DNA from: Nemertoderma westbladi
Taxonomy: Eukaryota > Animalia > Xenacoelomorpha
Direction of reading: 5' to 3'
Length of the DNA: 64,000 nucleotides
Assembly (NCBI GenBank): GCA_032718475.1
Contig: JAUCBJ010005307.1
Location: 1 to 64,000, forward strand
In this document: in pieces, positions 25,701 through 40,562 of the stretch
Position numbering within the stretch: position 1 is the stretch's first letter
How the letters are laid out: every line of letters starts with the position of its first letter
The notes under the pieces: model-generated
Seen by the model: the letters and a program-made list of their open reading frames with translations, nothing else
The model's database searches: none
What the model was told of the DNA's origin: nothing
Program-made: the position numbers and the translations under genes

Positions 25701-28700
25701 ATCAGTAGGTCTACAGGAGCATATCAATCAGTAGGTCTACAAGAGCATATGAATCAGTAGGTCTACAGGAGCATATCAATCAGTAGGTCTACAGGAGCAT
25801 ATCAATCAGTAGGTCTACAGGAGCATATCAATCAGTAGGTCTACAGGAGCATATCAATCAGTAGGTCTACAAGAGCATATAAATCAGTAGATCTACAGGA
25901 ACATATCAATCAGTAGGTCTACAGGAGCATATCAATCAGTAGGTCTACAGGAGCATATCAATCAGTAGGTCTACAGGAGCATATCAATCAGTAGGTCTAC
26001 AGGAGCATATCAATCAGTAGGTCTACAGGAGCATATCAATCAGTAGGTCTACAGGAGCATATCAATCAGTAGGTCTACAGGAGCATATCAATCAGTAGGT
26101 CTACAGGAGCATATCAATCAGTAGGTCTACAGGAGCATATCATTCAGTAGGTCTACAGGAGCATATCAATCAGTAGGTCTACAGGAGCATATCAATCAGT
26201 AGGTCTACAAGAGCATATAAATCAGTAGATCTACAGGAACATATCAATCAGTAGGTCTACAGGAGCATATCAATCAGTAGGTCTACAGGAGCATATCAAT
26301 CAGTAGGTCTACAGGAGCATATCAATCAGTAGGTCTACAGGAGCATATCAATCAGTAGGTCTACAGGAGCATATCAATCAGTAGGTCTACAAGAGCATAT
26401 AAATCAGTAGATCTACAGGAACATATCAATCAGTAGGTCTACAGGAGCATATCAATCAGTAGGTCTACAGGAGCATATCAATCAGTAGGTCTACAAGAGC
26501 ATATAAATCAGTAGATCTACAGGAACATATCAATCTGTAGGTCTACAGGAGCATATCAATCAGTAGATCTACAGGAACATATCAATCAGTAGGTCTACAG
26601 GAGCATATCAATCAGTAGGTCTACAGGAGCATATCAATCAGTAGGTCTACAGGAGCATATCAATCAGTAGGTCTACAGGAGCATATCAATCAGTAGATCT
26701 ACAAGAGCATATAAATCAGTAGATCTACAGGAACATATCAATCAGTAGATCTACAGGAACATATCAATCAGTAGGTCTACAGGAGCATATCAATCAGTAG
26801 GTCTACAGGAGCATATCAATCAGTAGGTCTACAGGAGCATATCGATAAGTATGTCTACAAGAGCATATCAATCAGTAGGTCTACAGGAGCATATCGATCA
26901 GTAGATCTACAGGAGCATATCAATCAGTAGGTCTACAGGAGCATATCAATCAGTAGATCTACATGAGCATATCAATCAGTAGATCTACAGGAACATATCA
27001 ATCAGTAGGTCTACAGGAGCATATCAATCAGTAGGTCTACAGGAGCATATCGATCAGTAGATCTACAGGAGCATATCAATCAGTAGGTCTACAGGAGCAT
27101 ATCAATCAGTACGTCTACAGGAGCATATCAATCAGTAGGTCTACAGGAGCATATCAATCAGTAGGTCTACAGGAGCATATCAATCAGTAGGTCTACAGGA
27201 GCATATCAATCAGTAGGTCTACAGGAGCATATCAATCAGTAGGTCTACAAGAGCATATAAATCAGTAGATCTACAGGAACATATCAATCAGTAGGTCTAC
27301 AGGAGCATATCAATCAGTAGGTCTACAGGAGCATATCAATCAGTAGGTCTACAGGAGCATATCAATCAGTAGGTCTACAGGAGCATATCAATCAGTAGGT
27401 CTACAGGAGCATATCAATCAGTAGGTCTACAAGAGCATATAAATCAGTAGATCTACAGGAACATATCAATCAGTAGATCTACAGGAGCATATCAATCAGT
27501 AGGTCTACAGGAGCATATAAATCAGTAGATCTACAGGAACATATCAATCAGTAGGTCTACAGGAGCATATCAATCAGTAGGTCTACAGGAGCATATCAAC
27601 AATCAGTAGATCTACAGGAGCATATCAATCAGTAGGTTTACAGGAGCATATCAATCAGTAGGTTTACAGGAGCATATCAATCAGTAGGTCTACAGGAGCA
27701 TATAAATCAGTAGATCTACAGGAACATATCAATCAGTAGATCTACAGGAGCATATCAATCAGTAGGTCTACAGGAGCATATCAATCAGTAGATCTACAGG
27801 AACATATCAATCAGTAGGTCTACAGGAGCATATCAATCAGTAGGTCTACAGGAGCATATCAATCAGTAGGTCTACAGGAGCATATCAATCAGTAGGTCTA
27901 CAGGAGCATATCAATCAGTAGATCTACAAGAGCATATAAATCAGTAGATCTACAGGAACATATCAATCAGTAGGTCTACAGGAGCATATCAATCAGTAGA
28001 TCTACAGGAGCATATCAATCAGTAGATCTACAGGAGCATATCAATCAGTAGGTCTACAGGAGTATATCAATCAGTAGGTCTACAAGAGCATATCAATCAG
28101 TAGATATACAGGAGCATATCAATCAGTAGGTCTACAGGAGCATATCAATCAGTAGGTTTACAGGAGCATATCAATCAGTAGGTCTACAGGAGCATATCAA
28201 TCAGTAGGTCTACAGGAGCATATCAATCAGTAGGTCTACAGGAGCATATCAATCAGTAGGTCTACAGGAGCATATCAATCAGTAGGTCTACAGGAGCATA
28301 TCAATCAGTAGGTCTACAAGAGCATATAAATCAGTAGATCTACAGGAACATATCAATCAGTAGGTCTACAGGAGCATATCAATCAGTAGGTCTACAGGAG
28401 CATATCAATCAGTAGGTCTACAGGAGCATATCAATCAGTAGGTCTACAGGAGCATATCAATCAGTAGGTCTACAGGAGCATATCAATCAGTAGGTCTACA
28501 GGAGCATATCAATCAGTAGGTCTACAGGAGCATATCAATCCGTAGGTCTACAGGAGCATATCAATCAGTAGGTCTACAGGAGCATATCAATCAGTAGGTC
28601 TACAGGAGCATATCAATCAGTAGGTCTACAGGAGCATATCAATCAGTAGGTCTACAAGAGCATATAAATCAGTAGATCTACAGGAACATATCAATCAGTA

Positions 28701-31700
28701 GGTCTACAGGAGCATATCAATCAGTAGGTCTACAGGAGCATATCAATCAGTAGGTCTACAGGAGCATATCAATCAGTAGGTCTACAGGAGCATATCAATC
28801 AGTAGGTCTACAGGAGCATATCAATCAGTAGGTCTACAAGAGCATATAAATCAGTAGATCTACAGGAACATATCAATCAGTAAGTCTACAGGAGCATATC
28901 AATCAGTAGGTCTACAGGAGCATATCAATCAGTAGGTCTACAAGAGCATATAAATCAGTAGATCTACAGGAACATATCAATCAGTAGGTCTACAGGAGCA
29001 TATCAATCAGTAGATCTACAGGAACATATCAATCAGTAGGTCTACAGGAGCATATCAATCAGTAGGTCTACAGGAGCATATCAATCAGTAGGTCTACAAG
29101 AGCATATCAATCAGTAGGTCTACAGGAGCATATCGATCTGTAGATCTACAGGAGCATATCAATCAGTAGGTCTACAGGAGCATATCAATCAGTAGATCTA
29201 CATGAGCATATCAATCAGTAGATCTACAGGAACATATCAATCAGTAGGTCTACAGGAGCATATCAATCAGTAGGTCTACAGGAGCATATCGATCAGTAGA
29301 TCTACAGGAGCATATCAATCAGTAGGTCTACAGGAGCATATCAATCAGTACGTCTACAGGAGCATATCAATCAGTAGGTCTACAGGAGCATATCAATCAG
29401 TAGGTCTACAGGAGCATATCAATCAGTAGGTCTACAGGAGCATATCAATCAGTAGGTCTACAGGAGCATATCAATCAGTAGGTCTACAAGAGCATATAAA
29501 TCAGTAGATCTACAGGAACATATCAATCAGTAGGTCTACAGGAGCATATCAATCAGTAGGTCTACAGGAGCATATCAATCAGTAGGTCTACAGGAGCATA
29601 TCAATCAGTAGGTCTACAGGAGCATATCAATCAGTAGGTCTACAGGAGCATATCAATCAGTAGGTCTACAAGAGCATATAAATCAGTAGATCTACAGGAA
29701 CATATCAATCAGTAGATCTACAGGAGCATATCAATCAGTAGGTCTACAGGAGCATATAAATCAGTAGATCTACAGGAACATATCAATCAGTAGGACTACA
29801 GGAGCATATCAATCAGTAGGTCTACAGGAGCATATCAACAATCAGTAGATCTACAGGAGCATATCAATCAGTAGGTTTACAGGAGCATATCAATCAGTAG
29901 GTTTACAGGAGCATATCAATCAGTAGGTCTACAGGAGCATATAAATCAGTAGATCTACAGGAACATATCAATCAGTAGATCTACAGGAACATATCAATCA
30001 GTAGGTCTACAGGAGCATATAAATCAGTAGATCTACAGGAACATATCAATCAGTAGGTCTACAGGAGCATATCAATCAGTAGGTCTACAGGAGCATATCA
30101 ACAATCAGTAGATCTACAGGAGCATATCAATCAGTAGGTTTACAGGAGCATATCAATCAGTAGGTTTACAGGAGCATATCAATCAGTAGGTCTACAGGAG
30201 CATATCAATCAGTAGGTCTACAGGAGCATATCAATCAGTAGATCTACAGGAGCATATCAATCAGTAGGTCTACAAGAGCATATCAATCAGTAGGTTTACA
30301 GGAGCATATCAATCAGTAGATCTACAGGAGCATATCAATCAGTAGGTCTACAGGAGCATATCAATCAGTAGGTCTACAGGAGCATATCAACAATCAGTAG
30401 ATCTACAGGAGCATATCAATCAGTAGGTCTACAGGAGCATATCAACAATCAGTAGATCTACAGGAGCATATCAATCAGTAGGTTTACAGGAGCATATCAA
30501 TCAGTAGGTTTACAGGAGCATATCAATCAGTAGGTCTACAGGAGCATATCAATCAGTAGGTCTACAGGAGCATATCAATCAGTAGATCTACAGGAGCATA
30601 TCTATCAGTAGGTCTACAGGAGCATATCAACAATCAGTAGATCTACAGGAGCATATCAATCAGTAGGTCTACAGGAGCATATAAATCAGTAGATCTACAG
30701 GAATATATCAATCAGTAGGTCTACAGGAGCATATCAATCAGTAGGTCTACAGGAGCATATCAATCAGTAGGTTCACAGGAGCATATAAATCAGTAGATCT
30801 ACAGGAACATATCAATCAGTAGGTCTACAGGAGCATATCAATCAGTAGGTCTACAGGAGCATATAAATCAGTAGATCTACAGGAACATATCAATCAGTAG
30901 GTCTACAGGAGCATATCAATCAGTAGGTCTACAGGAGCATATCAATCAGTAGGTATACAAGAGCATATCAATCAGTAGGTTTACAGGAGCATATCAATCA
31001 GTAGGTTTACAGGAGCATATCAATCAGTAGGTTTACAGGAGCATATCAATCAGTAGGTCTACAGGAGCATATCAATCAGTAGGTCTACAGGAGCATATCA
31101 ATCAGTAGGTATACAAGAGCATATCAATCAGTAGGTTTACAAGAGCATATCAATCAGTAGGTATACAAGAGCATATCAATCAGTAGGTTTACAGGAGCAT
31201 ATCAATCAGTAGGTTTACAGGAGCATATCAATCAGTAGGTTTACAGGAGCATATCAATCAGTAGATCTACAGAAACATATCAATCAGTAGGTTTACAGGA
31301 GCATATCAATCAGTAGGTCAACAGGAGCATATCAATCAGTAGGTCTACAGGAGCATATAAATCAGTAGATCTACAGGAACATATCAATCAGTAGGTCTAC
31401 AGGAGCATATCAATCAGTAGGTCTACAGGAGCATATCAATCAGTAGGTCTACAAGAGCATATAAATCAGTAGATCTACAGGAGCATATCAATCAGTAGGT
31501 CAACAGGAGCATATCAATCAGTAGGTCTACAGGAGCATATCAATCCGTAGATCTACAAGAGCATATAAATCAGTAGATCTACAGGAGCATATCAATCAGT
31601 AGGTCTACAGGAGCATATCAATCAGTAGATCTACAGGAACATATCAATCAGTAGGTATACAAGAGCATATCAATCAGTAGGTTTACAAGAGCATATCAAT

Positions 31701-34700
31701 CAGTAGGTATACAAGAGCATATCAATCAGTAGGTTTACAGGAGCATATCAATCAGTAGGTTTACAGGAGCATATCAATCAGTAGGTTTACAGGAGCATAT
31801 CAATCAGTAGATCTACAGAAACATATCAATCAGTAGGTTTACAGGAGCATATCAATCAGTAGGTCTACAGGAGCATATCAATCAGTAGGTCTACAGGAGC
31901 ATATAAATCAGTAGATCTACAGGAACATATCAATCAGTAGGTCTACAGGAGCATATCAATCAGTAGGTCTACAGGAGCATATCAATCAGTAGGTCTACAA
32001 GAGCATATAAATCAGTAGATCTACAGGAGCATATCAATCAGTAGGTCAACAGGAGCATATCAATCAGTAGGTCTACAGGAGCATATCAATCCGTAGATCT
32101 ACAAGAGCATATAAATCAGTAGATCTACAGGAGCATATCAATCAGTAGGTCTACAGGAGCATATCAATCAGTAGATCTACAGGAACATATCAATCAGTAG
32201 GTCTACAGGAGCATATCAATCAGTAGGTCTACAGGAGCATATCAATCAGTAGGTCTACAAGAGCATATAAATCAGTAGATCTACAGGAACATATCAATCA
32301 GTAGGTCTACAGGAGCATATCAATCAGTAGATATACAGGAACATATCAATCAGTAGATATACAGGAACATATCAATCAGTAGATCTACAGGAACATATCA
32401 ATCAGTAGGTCTACAGGAGCATATCAATCAGTAGGTCTACAGGAGCATATCAATCAGTAGGTCTACAGGAGCATATCAATCAGTAGGTCTACAAGAGCAT
32501 ATAAATCAGTAGATCTACAGGAACATATCAATCAGTAGGTCTACAGGAGCATATCAATCAGTAGGTTTACAGGAGCATATCAATCAGTAGGTCTACAGGA
32601 GCATATAAATCAGTAGATCTACAGGAACATATCAATCAGTAGGTCTACAGGAACATATCAATCAGTAGGTCTACAGGAGCATATCAATCAGTAGGTCTAC
32701 AGGAGCATATCAATCAGTAGGTCTACAAGAGCATATAAATCAGTAGATCTACAGGAACATATCAATCAGTAGGTCTACAGGAGCATATCAATCAGTAGGT
32801 TTACAGGAGCATATCAATCAGTAGGTCTACAGGAGCATATAAATCAGTAGGTCTACAGGAACATATCAATCAGTAGGTCTACAGGAGCATATCATTCAGT
32901 AGGTCTACAGGAGCATATCAATCAGTAGGTCTACAGGAGCATAGCAATCAGTAGGTCTACAGGAGCATATCAATCACTAGGTCTACAGGAGCAATCAATC
33001 AGTAGATCTACAGGAGCATATCAATCAGTAGGTTTACAGGAGCATATCAATCAGTAGGTCTACAGGAGCATATCAATCAGTAGGTCTACAGGAGCATATC
33101 AACAATCAGTAGATCTACAGGAGCATATCAATCAGTAGGTTTACAGGAGCATATCAATCAGTAGATCTACAGGAGCATATCAATCAGTAGGTCTACAGGA
33201 GCATATCAATAAGTAGGTTTACAGGAGCATATCAATCAGTAGGTTTACAGGAGCATATCAATCAGTAGGTTTACAGGAGCATATCAATCAGTAGGTTTAC
33301 AGGAGCATATCAATCAGTAGGTTTACAGGAGCATATCAATCAGTAGGTTTACAGGAGCATATCAATCAGTAGGTTTACAGGAGCATATCAATCAGTAGAT
33401 CTACAGAAACATATCAATCAGTAGGTCTACAGGAGCATATCATTCAGTAGGTCTACAGGAGCATATCAATCAGTAGGTCTACAGGAGCATATAAATCAGT
33501 AGATCTACAGGAACATATCAATCAGTAGGTCTACAGGAGCATATCAATCAGTAGGTCTACAGGAGCATATCAATCAGTAGGTCTACAGGAGCATATCAAT
33601 CAGTAGTTCTACAGGAGCATATCAATCAGTAGGTCTACAGGAGCATATCAATCAGTAGGTCTACAAGAGCATATGAATCAGTAGGTCTACAGGAGCATAT
33701 CAATCATTAGGTCTACAGGAGCATATCGATCAGTAGGTCTACAGGAGCATATCAATCAGTAGGTCTACAGGAGCATAGCAATCAGTAGGTTTACAGGAGC
33801 ATATCAATCAGTAGGTCTACAGGGGCATATCAATCAGTAGGTCTACAGGAGCATATCAATCAGTAGTTCTACAGGAGCATATCAATCAGTAGGTCTACAG
33901 GAGCATATCAATCAGTAGGTCTACAAGAGCATATGAATCAGTAGGTCTACAGGAGCATATCAATCAGTAGGTTTACAGGAGCATATCAATCAGTAGGTCT
34001 ACAGGGGCATATCAATCAGTAGGTCTACAGGAGCATATCAATCAGTAGTTCTACAGGAGCATATCAATCAGTAGGTCTACAGGAGCATATCAATCAGTAG
34101 GTCTACAAGAGCATATGAATCAGTAGGTCTACAGGAGCATATCAATCAGTAGATATACAGGAACATATCAATCAGTAGATATACAGGAGCATATCAATCA
34201 GTAGATCTACAGGAGCATATCAATCAGTAGGTCTACATGAGTATATCGATCAGTAGGTCTACAGGAGCATATCAATCAGTAGGTCTACAGGAGCATAGCA
34301 ATCAGTAGGTCTACAGGAGCATATCAATCAGTAGGTCTACACGAGCATATGAATCAGTAGTAGGTCTACAGGAGCATATCAATCAGTAGGTCTACAGGAG
34401 TATATCGATCAGTAGGTCTACAGGAGCATATCAATCAGTAGGTCTACAGGAGCATATCAATCAGTAGGTCTACAGGAGCATATCAATCAGTAGGTCTACA
34501 GGAGCATATCAATCAGTAGGTCTACAGGAGCATATCAATCAGTAGGTCTACAAGAGCATATGAATCAGTAGGTCTACAGGAGCATATCAATCAGTAGGTC
34601 TACAGGAGCATATCGATCAGTAGGTCTACAGGAGCATATCAATCAGTAGGTCTACAGGAGCATATCAATCAGTAGGTCTACAGGAGCATATCAATCAGTA

Positions 34701-37700
34701 GGTCTACAAGAGCATATGAATCAGTAGGTCTACAAGAGCATATGAATCAGTAGGTCTACAGGAGCATATCAATCAGTAGGTCTACAGGAGCATATCGATC
34801 AGTAGGTCTACAGGAGCATATCAATCAGTAGGTCTACAGGAGCATATCAATCAGTAGGTCTACAAGAGCATATGAATCAGTAGGTCTACAGGAGCATATC
34901 AATCAGTAGGTCTACAGGAGCATATCAATCAGTAGGTCTACAGGAGCATATCAATCAGTAGGTCTACAGGAGCATATCAATCAGTAGGTCTACAAGAGCA
35001 TATAAATCAGTAGATCTACAGGAACATATCAATCAGTAGGTCTACAGGAGCATATCAATCAGTAGGTCTACAGGAGCATATCAATCAGTAGGTCTACAGG
35101 AGCATATCAATCAGTAGGTCTACAGGAGCATATCAATCAGTAGGTCTACAGGAGCATATCAATCAGTAGGTCTACAGGAGCATATCAATCAGTAGGTCTA
35201 CAGGAGCATATCAATCAGTAGGTCTACAGGAGCATATCAATCAGTAGGTCTACAGGAGCATATCATTCAGTAGGTCTACAGGAGCATATCAATCAGTAGG
35301 TCTACAGGAGCATATCAATCAGTAGGTCTACAAGAGCATATAAATCAGTAGATCTACAGGAACATATCAATCAGTAGGTCTACAGGAGCATATCAATCAG
35401 TAGGTCTACAGGAGCATATCAATCAGTAGGTCTACAGGAGCATATCAATCAGTAGGTCTACAGGAGCATATCAATCAGTAGGTCTACAGGAGCATATCAA
35501 TCAGTAGGTCTACAAGAGCATATAAATCAGTAGATCTACAGGAACATATCAATCAGTAGGTCTACAGGAGCATATCAATCAGTAGGTCTACAGGAGCATA
35601 TCAATCAGTAGGTCTACAAGAGCATATAAATCAGTAGATCTACAGGAACATATCAATCTGTAGGTCTACAGGAGCATATCAATCAGTAGATCTACAGGAA
35701 CATATCAATCAGTAGGTCTACAGGAGCATATCAATCAGTAGGTCTACAGGAGCATATCAATCAGTAGGTCTACAGGAGCATATCAATCAGTAGGTCTACA
35801 GGAGCATATCAATCAGTAGATCTACAAGAGCATATAAATCAGTAGATCTACAGGAACATATCAATCAGTAGATCTACAGGAACATATCAATCAGTAGGTC
35901 TACAGGAGCATATCAATCAGTAGGTCTACAGGAGCATATCAATCAGTAGGTCTACAGGAGCATATCGATAAGTATGTCTACAAGAGCATATCAATCAGTA
36001 GGTCTACAGGAGCATATCGATCAGTAGATCTACAGGAGCATATCAATCAGTAGGTCTACAGGAGCATATCAATCAGTAGATCTACATGAGCATATCAATC
36101 AGTAGATCTACAGGAACATATCAATCAGTAGGTCTACAGGAGCATATCAATCAGTAGGTCTACAGGAGCATATCGATCAGTAGATCTACAGGAGCATATC
36201 AATCAGTAGGTCTACAGGAGCATATCAATCAGTACGTCTACAGGAGCATATCAATCAGTAGGTCTACAGGAGCATATCAATCAGTAGGTCTACAGGAGCA
36301 TATCAATCAGTAGGTCTACAGGAGCATATCAATCAGTAGGTCTACAGGAGCATATCAATCAGTAGGTCTACAAGAGCATATAAATCAGTAGATCTACAGG
36401 AACATATCAATCAGTAGGTCTACAGGAGCATATCAATCAGTAGGTCTACAGGAGCATATCAATCAGTAGGTCTACAGGAGCATATCAATCAGTAGGTCTA
36501 CAGGAGCATATCAATCAGTAGGTCTACAGGAGCATATCAATCAGTAGGTCTACAAGAGCATATAAATCAGTAGATCTACAGGAACATATCAATCAGTAGA
36601 TCTACAGGAGCATATCAATCAGTAGGTCTACAGGAGCATATAAATCAGTAGATCTACAGGAACATATCAATCAGTAGGTCTACAGGAGCATATCAATCAG
36701 TAGGTCTACAGGAGCATATCAACAATCAGTAGATCTACAGGAGCATATCAATCAGTAGGTTTACAGGAGCATATCAATCAGTAGGTTTACAGGAGCATAT
36801 CAATCAGTAGGTCTACAGGAGCATATAAATCAGTAGATCTACAGGAACATATCAATCAGTAGATCTACAGGAGCATATCAATCAGTAGGTCTACAGGAGC
36901 ATATCAATCAGTAGATCTACAGGAACATATCAATCAGTAGGTCTACAGGAGCATATCAATCAGTAGGTCTACAGGAGCATATCAATCAGTAGGTCTACAG
37001 GAGCATATCAATCAGTAGGTCTACAGGAGCATATCAATCAGTAGATCTACAAGAGCATATAAATCAGTAGATCTACAGGAACATATCAATCAGTAGGTCT
37101 ACAGGAGCATATCAATCAGTAGATCTACAGGAGCATATCAATCAGTAGATCTACAGGAGCATATCAATCAGTAGGTCTACAGGAGTATATCAATCAGTAG
37201 GTCTACAAGAGCATATCAATCAGTAGATATACAGGAGCATATCAATCAGTAGGTCTACAGGAGCATATCAATCAGTAGGTTTACAGGAGCATATCAATCA
37301 GTAGGTCTACAGGAGCATATCAATCAGTAGGTCTACAGGAGCATATCAATCAGTAGGTCTACAGGAGCATATCAATCAGTAGGTCTACAAGAGCATATCA
37401 ATCAGTAGGTCTACAGGAGCATATCAATCAGTAGGTCTACAAGAGCATATAAATCAGTAGATCTACAGGAACATATCAATCAGTAGGTCTACAGGAGCAT
37501 ATCAATCAGTAGGTCTACAGGAGCATATCAATCAGTAGGTCTACAGGAGCATATCAATCAGTAGGTCTACAGGAGCATATCAATCAGTAGGTCTACAGGA
37601 GCATATCAATCAGTAGGTCTACAGGAGCATATCAATCAGTAGGTCTACAGGAGCATATCAATCCGTAGGTCTACAGGAGCATATCAATCAGTAGGTCTAC

Positions 37701-40562
37701 AGGAGCATATCAATCAGTAGGTCTACAGGAGCATATCAATCAGTAGGTCTACAGGAGCATATCAATCAGTAGGTCTACAAGAGCATATAAATCAGTAGAT
37801 CTACAGGAACATATCAATCAGTAGGTCTACAGGAGCATATCAATCAGTAGGTCTACAGGAGCATATCAATCAGTAGGTCTACAGGAGCATATCAATCAGT
37901 AGGTCTACAGGAGCATATCAATCAGTAGGTCTACAGGAGCATATCAATCAGTAGGTCTACAAGAGCATATAAATCAGTAGATCTACAGGAACATATCAAT
38001 CAGTAAGTCTACAGGAGCATATCAATCAGTAGGTCTACAGGAGCATATCAATCAGTAGGTCTACAAGAGCATATAAATCAGTAGATCTACAGGAACATAT
38101 CAATCAGTAGGTCTACAGGAGCATATCAATCAGTAGATCTACAGGAACATATCAATCAGTAGGTCTACAGGAGCATATCAATCAGTAGGTCTACAGGAGC
38201 ATATCAATCAGTAGGTCTACAAGAGCATATCAATCAGTAGGTCTACAGGAGCATATCGATCTGTAGATCTACAGGAGCATATCAATCAGTAGGTCTACAG
38301 GAGCATATCAATCAGTAGATCTACATGAGCATATCAATCAGTAGATCTACAGGAACATATCAATCAGTAGGTCTACAGGAGCATATCAATCAGTAGGTCT
38401 ACAGGAGCATATCGATCAGTAGATCTACAGGAGCATATCAATCAGTAGGTCTACAGGAGCATATCAATCAGTACGTCTACAGGAGCATATCAATCAGTAG
38501 GTCTACAGGAGCATATCAATCAGTAGGTCTACAGGAGCATATCAATCAGTAGGTCTACAGGAGCATATCAATCAGTAGGTCTACAGGAGCATATCAATCA
38601 GTAGGTCTACAAGAGCATATAAATCAGTAGATCTACAGGAACATATCAATCAGTAGGTCTACAGGAGCATATCAATCAGTAGGTCTACAGGAGCATATCA
38701 ATCAGTAGGTCTACAGGAGCATATCAATCAGTAGGTCTACAGGAGCATATCAATCAGTAGGTCTACAGGAGCATATCAATCAGTAGGTCTACAAGAGCAT
38801 ATAAATCAGTAGATCTACAGGAACATATCAATCAGTAGATCTACAGGAGCATATCAATCAGTAGGTCTACAGGAGCATATAAATCAGTAGATCTACAGGA
38901 ACATATCAATCAGTAGGACTACAGGAGCATATCAATCAGTAGGTCTACAGGAGCATATCAACAATCAGTAGATCTACAGGAGCATATCAATCAGTAGGTT
39001 TACAGGAGCATATCAATCAGTAGGTTTACAGGAGCATATCAATCAGTAGGTCTACAGGAGCATATAAATCAGTAGATCTACAGGAACATATCAATCAGTA
39101 GATCTACAGGAACATATCAATCAGTAGGTCTACAGGAGCATATAAATCAGTAGATCTACAGGAACATATCAATCAGTAGGTCTACAGGAGCATATCAATC
39201 AGTAGGTCTACAGGAGCATATCAACAATCAGTAGATCTACAGGAGCATATCAATCAGTAGGTTTACAGGAGCATATCAATCAGTAGGTTTACAGGAGCAT
39301 ATCAATCAGTAGGTCTACAGGAGCATATCAATCAGTAGGTCTACAGGAGCATATCAATCAGTAGATCTACAGGAGCATATCAATCAGTAGGTCTACAAGA
39401 GCATATCAATCAGTAGGTTTACAGGAGCATATCAATCAGTAGATCTACAGGAGCATATCAATCAGTAGGTCTACAGGAGCATATCAATCAGTAGGTCTAC
39501 AGGAGCATATCAACAATCAGTAGATCTACAGGAGCATATCAATCAGTAGGTCTACAGGAGCATATCAACAATCAGTAGATCTACAGGAGCATATCAATCA
39601 GTAGGTTTACAGGAGCATATCAATCAGTAGGTTTACAGGAGCATATCAATCAGTAGGTCTACAGGAGCATATCAATCAGTAGGTCTACAGGAGCATATCA
39701 ATCAGTAGATCTACAGGAGCATATCTATCAGTAGGTCTACAGGAGCATATCAACAATCAGTAGATCTACAGGAGCATATCAATCAGTAGGTCTACAGGAG
39801 CATATAAATCAGTAGATCTACAGGAATATATCAATCAGTAGGTCTACAGGAGCATATCAATCAGTAGGTCTACAGGAGCATATCAATCAGTAGGTTCACA
39901 GGAGCATATAAATCAGTAGATCTACAGGAACATATCAATCAGTAGGTCTACAGGAGCATATCAATCAGTAGGTCTACAGGAGCATATAAATCAGTAGATC
40001 TACAGGAACATATCAATCAGTAGGTCTACAGGAGCATATCAATCAGTAGGTCTACAGGAGCATATCAATCAGTAGGTATACAAGAGCATATCAATCAGTA
40101 GGTTTACAGGAGCATATCAATCAGTAGGTTTACAGGAGCATATCAATCAGTAGGTTTACAGGAGCATATCAATCAGTAGGTCTACAGGAGCATATCAATC
40201 AGTAGGTCTACAGGAGCATATCAATCAGTAGGTATACAAGAGCATATCAATCAGTAGGTTTACAAGAGCATATCAATCAGTAGGTATACAAGAGCATATC
40301 AATCAGTAGGTTTACAGGAGCATATCAATCAGTAGGTTTACAGGAGCATATCAATCAGTAGGTTTACAGGAGCATATCAATCAGTAGATCTACAGAAACA
40401 TATCAATCAGTAGGTTTACAGGAGCATATCAATCAGTAGGTCAACAGGAGCATATCAATCAGTAGGTCTACAGGAGCATATAAATCAGTAGATCTACAGG
40501 AACATATCAATCAGTAGGTCTACAGGAGCATATCAATCAGTAGGTCTACAGGAGCATATCAA
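22787..40562 (+). repeat. Large tandem duplication within the satellite: copy A ~22787-31439, copy B ~31910-40562 (offset 9123 bp)
   Basis: Rare markers recur at exactly +9123: GGTCAAC 22921/32044, TCACTAGG 23851/32974, GGTCTACACG 25211/34334, ACGTCTAC 27111/36234 and 29350/38473, TAGGACT 29791/38914, GTTCACA 30771/39894. Confidence 0.93.
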
